From contig OZ025730.1 in assembly GCA_964019335.1 (NCBI GenBank), forward strand, positions 310,001-374,000: a stretch of 64,000 nt of DNA, given 5' to 3'. Position 1 is the first letter of the stretch, and each line of letters opens with the position of its first letter. The notes beneath the pieces are model-generated. The model searched no databases. It had not been told where the DNA came from and worked only from the letters and a program-made list of their open reading frames with translations. Below are positions 57,214 through 64,000 of the stretch, in pieces. The position numbers and the translations under genes were made by a program. This DNA comes from Diplonema japonicum. Taxonomy: Eukaryota > Protista > Euglenozoa: Diplonemea.

Positions 57214-57447
57214 CTATTTCGAGGACTTCTTACCCTTCTCGATCACCTCCTGGGTCAAAGAGGGGTGGATGGAGCTCTGGATCTTGGCCGCCTTGCGGGA
57301 GTCCTTCACAACGAGAGTGTACAGGAACCTGGAGCACCTCACCTTGAACTTGGTGTTGTCAGCGTTCTTCTTGACCTTGACCTTCTTGGTATCCTTCCTG
57401 GAGCAGATGTCCAGGAACTGCTTCAAGTCCTTAAGCTCCTTAGGCAT
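57214..57447 (-). CDS. RPL38: 60S ribosomal protein L38 (copy 1)
   Basis: MPKELKDLKQFL...TKFKVRCSRFLYTLVV. Confidence 0.95.
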   Translation of the reverse strand: MPKELKDLKQFLDICSRKDTKKVKVKKNADNTKFKVRCSRFLYTLVVKDSRKAAKIQSSIHPSLTQEVIEKGKKSSK

Positions 57448-57573
57448 TTTGTGGTACGAGTGGATTACCTAACTTTGTGAGTGTTTAGGGGGTAACATTA
57501 TAATGAGGAAGTTAAAAAAGAAAGCACAAAAACATTTTAAATGCCTAAACTTAATGTTTCAGTACACTCCTAT

Positions 57574-57807
57574 CTATTTCGAGGACTTCTTACCCTTCTC
57601 GATCACCTCCTGGGTCAAAGAGGGGTGGATGGAGCTCTGGATCTTGGCCGCCTTGCGGGAGTCCTTCACAACGAGAGTGTACAGGAACCTGGAGCACCTC
57701 ACCTTGAACTTGGTGTTGTCGGCGTTCTTCTTGACCTTGACCTTCTTGGTATCCTTCCTGGAGCAGATGTCCAGGAACTGCTTCAAGTCCTTAAGCTCCT
57801 TAGGCAT
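57574..57807 (-). CDS. RPL38: 60S ribosomal protein L38 (copy 2)
   Basis: Same protein; ATG at 57807. Confidence 0.95.
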   Translation of the reverse strand: MPKELKDLKQFLDICSRKDTKKVKVKKNADNTKFKVRCSRFLYTLVVKDSRKAAKIQSSIHPSLTQEVIEKGKKSSK

Positions 57808-58036
57808 TTTGTGGGTTTTTCTTCTTTTTTTTGCTGATCTGAGAAAAAGTATGACGTTTGCAGAGGGAAATAAAGATAAAAGGCAGAGAGAAAAAAATGC
57901 ATGCATGACGTTCTGTCCTTTCTACAGGGTTCCCCCCTGTCCATTTTCTGATACTTGCACCGCACGCATTATCTTCATTTTTTTTTTCTCTTTAACACTA
58001 CGAATTCAAAAGAAATGAAAAGAAAAAATAATTCAC

Positions 58037-58270
58037 CTATTTCGAGGACTTCTTACCCTTCTCGATCACCTCCTGGGTCAAAGAGGGGTGGATGGAGCTC
58101 TGGATCTTGGCCGCCTTGCGGGAGTCCTTCACAACGAGAGTGTACAGGAACCTGGAGCACCTCACCTTGAACTTGGTGTTGTCAGCGTTCTTCTTGACCT
58201 TGACCTTCTTGGTATCCTTCCTGGAGCAGATGTCCAGGAACTGCTTCAAGTCCTTAAGCTCCTTAGGCAT
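58037..58270 (-). CDS. RPL38: 60S ribosomal protein L38 (copy 3)
   Basis: Same protein; ATG at 58270. Confidence 0.95.
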   Translation of the reverse strand: MPKELKDLKQFLDICSRKDTKKVKVKKNADNTKFKVRCSRFLYTLVVKDSRKAAKIQSSIHPSLTQEVIEKGKKSSK

Positions 58271-58769
58271 TTTTTGTTTTTTTTTTTTTTTTTTTTTGCT
58301 TCCTTTCTTAAAAATTATGGTGACATGCAAAAGATAAATGGGGGGGAAAGCACAATAAAAAAAGTATATAAAAAAAACACATGAAGAAAAAACCGGGGGT
58401 ACAGCAGAGAAAAGCGGTGGAGGGAAATCAAAATCAAAAAAAAAGGGGGGGAAGGAAGACAACAACGAAAGGTATCCCAGAATGGTGCACCTGAAAAAAA
58501 GGGAGAAGGAAAAAAAGAGAAAGAAACACAAGTAAGACAACTTGGGGAAGTAAAAGAAAACAATGGGAAGGCAATATGAACCGAGTAAGTGCTCCTTCTT
58601 TTTCTTTTCGCGAAAAAAATAGAACAAAAAAAGGAAATCTACACACACGGGGGAGAGGAATGGGATCTAAAGAAAAAAAAATTGTACAATTTTATTTTCC
58701 CCCCAAAAGGGAGTGAAAGGGAGAACAGATACAACAAGGTGGAGTAGGGGTCAGGGGTGGGGAGTGTAA

Positions 58770-61479
58770 CTAACGCCCGGTGTGAGTTTGAAAAGAGCGG
58801 TGTTCGGATCTGAGCCTGGCTTCTTCTTCTTCAAGGCTGATCCTCTGCTGCCTCAGGCGGATCTCTTGGTCGATGAGTGGCTGCTCCTTTTCTTCATCGT
58901 TGTCGCGCTTCAAGTTGTGCGACGCGTTTGCATCACATAGCTCCCTGTACTCTGTTTTCTTCATGTTCAGAACACCCTCCGACTCGGAGAGCCTCTCCTG
59001 CAGCACTGCTACCCTATCCAGAGACATCCTCAGCTCTTGGTCTTCTTCTTCCAGCTTCAACGTTTGCTTGTTCACTTCGTCACGGCTCTGTTTAATTGTT
59101 AAACTATGTTTGTTTCCATACTCTTAGATGAGCAACGCCGCATTCTTCCTCTCTCGTTTGTGCAGTGGCAAGCGCCTGGGAGTGGGAAAGGTAAATATTC
59201 GTAGACATTCTTCCCCCCCAACTAGACTATACCTGTTCGGAAACGGACAGCCTGTCCAAGGCGAGCTGGCTCTCATTCTTCGCGTTGTCAACGACCTGCG
59301 CCGCATCATCGAGTTCCCTGTTCTTGGTGTCCACCTCGTGGTAGCTCTGCTCTTCCCTGTCCCTCTGCATCTGCACCACAAGTTGCTGCTCTTCGACCAT
59401 CTTACGCAGCTCTTCGAGACGTCGCTCCGCCGCTTTTGTCTCTTCGGACAACTGCTGAGCACGGAAGGTGGCATCGTCAACCCTAGCAAGGGCTTCGGCG
59501 TGCATGTTTTGCTGCTTGCTCTGTGCTTCCTGGGTGTGTGCCAACTCTGCAGCTCTCTGGTTCACTGTCCCTCTTGCCCTTTCTGTTTCCTGCCTTGAAG
59601 CATCCAGCACCGCTCTTGAGTCCCTTTCGCCTGTCTTTGCAACGTCAAGCTCAGACTTCTGATTGTCAACTACTTGTTGAACATTAGCAGTCTGCCTGTC
59701 GGCTTCATTCACTGCACACTGATCCTTGTGCACTCCTTCTTCCATCTCACCCAACACGCTCTTAAACACCTCACAGTCTGCCTTTTGTTCCTCGTCGATG
59801 GTATAGTCTCTGATCCTCACATACATGGCTTCGATCATCGTGGGGTACAGCTCGGCGAATCTCTCCCATTCGCCAAAGCTTAACAAATCGTCCTGTGGCA
59901 GTGTGTTATTCGAAATTGTTGAAGTTTTAACCCTTCAGATCCGAAAAGTGACCCTGCCTTCGTCTCCGGAGGGGTTCTCGGGGGTTACACAGGGGAAAAT
60001 CAAAAAAAAAAGAAGAAGAAAAAAAAAATGTCCAAGGTTCACTGACTTTTTCCCCCAGAAATTCATATGACACTCGTTGGGCCCCGGTGGTTTGAATCCA
60101 TTCCAGCCCGAGAAAAGGGAATTGGAAATTTTACTAGGATGTCATTTTGCGGGCGGTGATCAGACACGGATCTGAAGCTCAAACTCGTTTAAAAAATTGT
60201 CGAAATTAATCTCGATCTTGGCCTGATATGACACTCACACTGCCTATGGTCAGAAAGAGTCCATCAGACACACAATAGAAACTCTTCCTTGTGCAACAGG
60301 GTTCCAAGGACAGGAATAGGGCAACCACGTGCCTGGTGGACAACTTTTGTATCAGGGGACTGGGTGAGTTCTTAATACAGTAATGTAATGCTTTGAATTG
60401 ATGGAATTAAAAAAATGACCCTAGACGGAATCGAACCGCCGTTATTGGATTTGGAATCCAAAGTGCTACCGCTACACCATAGGGCCAACGTGAAAGATTT
60501 CACGGTCTAAAATGTGCCTGTGGCCTTGTGATTTCAGATCGCCTGCATCTTGTCAAGCCAAACAGTCAGGTGATTTTAGTTTCAGGTGTCAAGTGTTGTT
60601 ATTGTTAAACAGTCACACCTGGTTGGCATCAGCCTGCTGGAATAGCTTTGTGATGGTGAGAGGTTCAATGTTGACACGCGTCTTAAGGAAGAGTTGTCTG
60701 AATGAGTCGTCGTCGACTTGGGGCTTCTCGCCAAGCATGTTAGTGTAGATGAGAGTCAATTTCTCGCCGTGGGTGAGGGACTGCTGGACAGGAGCAAGGT
60801 GAACAGAAGCAGAAGACCCTGCACGGTGTGGAGAGAGGGACTTCTTCGAAATGCCCGCGGCGAGGGATGAAGCGCGGACAGAGTGGGCCGGGGATGCCAA
60901 CCTGTGTGCAGTTGCGGAACCTGCCATAGGGGAGTGATGACGAACAGGAGACTTCGGGTGGGAATTGCTCAGCCTTGCTTCGCGTTTAGGGCTCACTGCA
61001 GGGCTTGCAGCCCTACTCTGCAAGGGCCTCTTGTAAGGAGACCCCAATCTGCTCCTTGTAGGCGTCCCAATTGACCTGACGGTTCTCACAGGACTCGAAG
61101 TCCTGCAGAGACCCGCGGGCACAACATTGACAGGGGCAGCGAACTGAGGAGGGATTGGAGATGGTCTAGTGGGAGACGGTATCGGTCCTTGACTCTCTTT
61201 GTTCCAAGAATCCTTCTGGAACAGGTAAATCTGGCAGTAGTCTCTCAGTTGGGAAGCTGACTTCAACTCAACCCACTTCCCAACGGGGTCGAATAGCTGC
61301 ACGTAGTGTAGGTTGAAGCTTCCTGCAGGGACGCCAGGCCGCTTCCTTGCAGCAATCTCATCATTGAAAACTCCCACAGCACGGGCCTTGAGCTCACCAA
61401 GCGACGGTACGTGTGTGAACTCTAGTTCCCTGTTAATCTTCGAGCCAAACAGCTCCGCTGCTGCCAATATAACCACCAT
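58770..61479 (-). CDS. BILBO1-like flagellar pocket collar protein; introns 59893-60618, 59176-59232, 59088-59121
   Basis: BILBO1 N-terminal domain pattern (AAELFGSKINRELEF...PSLGEL...KWVEL...QLRDYCQIYLFQ...W.KESQ..IP). The EF-hand DANQ|DDLLSFGEW is split by the long intron, followed by a coiled coil. Confidence 0.85.
60416..60486 (-). tRNA. tRNA-Trp (CCA)
   Basis: 71-nt cloverleaf: acceptor GGCCCTA/TAGGGTC, anticodon arm TTGGA-TTCCAAA-TCCAA, T-loop TTCGATT, followed by a T7 Pol III terminator. Confidence 0.9.
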
Positions 61480-61682
61480 TTTTTCAGTGAGTGCCCTTCC
61501 TGTTCATGTGAAGAATAAAAGTATTATCACAGAAAAGTGTAAAAGGTTCGTGTGGTATTTACACTCACAAGAAATAAAAATGGATGAAAAAGCGGGAGAG
61601 AAAAGATATATTACAGTGCGCAAGTAAGAACAAGGCCGTGGGGGGAAAAAAGCAATACATGAATATCTTTTTATCTTCTTTT

Positions 61683-62776
61683 CTAGGCTTGCGAAGTGGT
61701 TGATGTTGATGTAGTTGTGGTTTGCGCTTGGTTACCGATGGTGATGGAGGAATAGCTCGACCAGTCTTGCTGCAATAAAAAGATTTCTTCTTCTTCTTTG
61801 TTTTGTTCAATTACATACCTCAGGATATGCCTCGTAGCAGCTGCAAGACGTGTCGGATACAAAACCAAGGTGTGAGCACAGTTCCGAACCGTTGTCGAAA
61901 ATATCACCAAACGTCCTCTCCAAGTGATCATAAATTGTGTTTCCACACACTTTCATGATAGTGTCGCACATCTGCGAGCACACTCTGATCTTGTTGTCTC
62001 GGTAGAACAAGGCTTGATCCGGCGAGCAAACCCAGCACGCAAGAGAGTCGAGCAACGAGCTGCACGAACCTGAAATGAACCGGTCGCCGCTTATGAGTTC
62101 TTGCAGCTTTTTCTGCTGCGTAGCTAGCGCGGCAGGTCGGTCGCAGCATGACAGACTGGAAAACTGTTCGCAAGCCCGCAGGTACGGTTCAGGCTTTGGA
62201 GTTTTCCCCCCAAAATATGTGCACCTCCTCCCGTTGCTGAATGTGGTCAAAATGGCCTCGTCGCCCTGACAAGGGGTAATGCTGGTGAGTGTTGGGTAAT
62301 AGTTGAGCCCCACGTTGCCCAGCATTGAGGAGAGGGATATGATGAAAAGCACCGGGACAACAACGAAGAGGGCAGCAAGGCACTTGTCTTTCCCAGTTCG
62401 CTCATCCTTTTTCTTAAGCACGGGATCGCGTCTTTGTCTCTCTATGTTTCTCCAACTGGTGTCGTAACTTGTGGCGTGATTCAGCCCCAAACCCAAGCAA
62501 AAACAGCAGAAGGCTAGGCCTAAGGCCGTTGTCAGCAAACCCTCCACCACGTTTGCATCGTGTCTATCCTGGTCTTTGTTCACCTTATCAAAGTACACGC
62601 TGCCTGTTATCAAGAAAAGCGATATTAGTGCACACCAACCCAACATAAACTGTAAAACAAAAGTTTCTTTTTTTTTTTTTATTGCATGCCTGTATTCTTG
62701 TTGTCTGTTCAGGTGACATTGTTGGTCCAACCACCTGCTTTTCATCTTCGCTTTGCGAGCGTTCTTCATCCATCAT
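61683..62776 (-). CDS. Multi-pass membrane protein with a folate-receptor-like Cys-rich domain; introns 62650-62689 (GC-AG) and 61770-61818
   Basis: Three TM segments, then SCC...C..LL..LACWVCSPDQ...RVC..MC...C. Exons join in frame. Confidence 0.65.
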
Positions 62777-62996
62777 TTATTCCTCTTTTTTTCGTATTCG
62801 TGTATAATGGGGTGGGGAGGTCAATGGTTCCAATCCCCTGAGAATATTGATATTTTTATCTTACCCACGTTGACATAACAAAAGAAGATGAAGACGAAGA
62901 AAATTGATTCCACTTTTTTTCCACCCCCTTCTTTTTTTTGTGAAATTCTATTGACAATGGAGTGAATGAGAGGATGTCCACGTGGGAGAAAAAAAG

Positions 62997-63069
62997 TACC
63001 CCGTGAGGGATTCGAACCCTCAACCTTTGGATTAGAAGTCCAACGCGCTATCCGTTGCGCCAACGGGGC
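62997..63069 (-). tRNA. tRNA-Arg (TCT)
   Basis: 73-nt cloverleaf GCCCCGT...TTGGA-CTTCTAA-TCCAA...GGTTCGAATCC...ACGGGGTA, followed by a T-run. Confidence 0.92.
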
Positions 63070-63568
63070 TGACGATCGAAGCCCCGTCTCGATTCCGGTT
63101 TTTTACTATTACATGGGGATTTCAGTTTGCAACAATGAAGACTGATTCGGATGTGGTGTTTGTAAAACAAAGGAAAGGGTGGGGAAGACAAACACAACTG
63201 TACAAGCATCAGGAAACATCGTTCAAATGCGAAACTCGGTCTTGCATTTTGGACTACAGGCCGCCATTGCACAATTAAGAAACGAAAAAGTTGTCTTTCG
63301 CCGCAAAACTTGATGACAAGAAAAGAGGTGAAATAAAAAAAAAAGGGGGGGGGGATGAACTATAAATACGACTTTCCGACTTTTTCCTCCAACTCTGCCC
63401 ATTCCCTGCAGTGGGGAAAAAAAGGGAAAGAGCGAGGGAGAAACAAAAATAGGAAAAAAGAGGAGGAACAAAGGGAAAGGAGTGGACTAAATTATTACAG
63501 GTGCATGTGTGGGTAAACAAAGAAAAATCTATTAGAGGGAAGAGGAGGAGGAGGGGATTACTTCTTTC

Positions 63569-64000
63569 TTATGGACTTGTTGGGTAACCTCTACTGCTCC
63601 TGCCCATGTACGAATGATGCCTTCGTCGGGTGCCACCTGCAGCAGAGCCGGAAAGGCGGGAAGAGGCGTATTTACCATGCTTGCTGCTTAAGGGGATATC
63701 CGCAGGCTTAGGGGTGGGTGTGACATGAAGACGGAGGAGCGCGTGGCCTGGGCGGAAAACATCGAGGTATAGAGAGGGGAACCCAGCCCCTGGAGTGGTC
63801 GGACAGGCAGAGAGGAGGGTATTTTTAAGGTCTCTCTTGGTGATCAGTTGCACTCCGTTCACTCTTCTGATGTAGTCCCCAGCCCTCACCCCCCCAAGGG
63901 CAGCAGGGGAATCCTGCGTGACTTTCAGAACTTTAAGTCCGTCTGTACCTGACCACCTGTCCACGGTGATCTCAACCCCCAGAAAGGGAGGGTTCCCGCT
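63569..64000 (-). CDS. PDZ-domain protein, C-terminal part (5'-partial)
   Basis: PFLGVEI...GLKVLKVTQDSPAALGGVRAGDYIRRVNG; frame open to the window edge. Confidence 0.75.
   Translation of the reverse strand, partial: SGNPPFLGVEITVDRWSGTDGLKVLKVTQDSPAALGGVRAGDYIRRVNGVQLITKRDLKNTLLSACPTTPGAGFPSLYLDVFRPGHALLRLHVTPTPKPADIPLSSKHGKYASSRLSGSAAGGTRRRHHSYMGRSSRGYPTSP

Noticed and set aside
60079-60110. tRNA-like T-arm GGTGG-TTTGAAT-CCATT
   Set aside because: No matching D-arm, anticodon arm or acceptor 5' strand.

Overview
Eukaryotic nuclear DNA, most likely from a diplonemid (Euglenozoa). Support: a euglenozoan spliced-leader (SL) copy, a BILBO1 homolog, a kinetoplastid-type tRNA-Trp anticodon arm, and many short cis-introns, which argue against a trypanosomatid. 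Every credible gene, tRNA and transposon ORF lies on the minus strand, separated by homopolymer-rich spacers. Host genes include BBS8/TTC8, three RPL38 copies, SNRNP27, BILBO1-like, tektin-like, a WH1/polyproline protein, an LPCAT-like acyltransferase, a large SecA-type ATPase with a novel N-terminal repeat, and two tRNAs. Mobile DNA comprises two apparently intact APE-type non-LTR retrotransposons (LINE-A, LINE-B), two decayed piggyBac elements and a possible MITE. Main observations: (1) in both LINEs ORF1 and ORF2 are in frame, separated by one UGA and a stop-free linker leading into a self-processing module (OTU protease in one, 2A-like peptide in the other), suggesting a readthrough-then-cleave strategy; (2) LINE-B begins with a near-full SL plus a 16-nt relic SL, recording trans-splicing before retrotransposition; (3) all 16 introns I could reconstruct are phase 0, and several are tiny poly(A) introns with no pyrimidine tract. 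All family calls are by-eye motif recognition; no searches were run.
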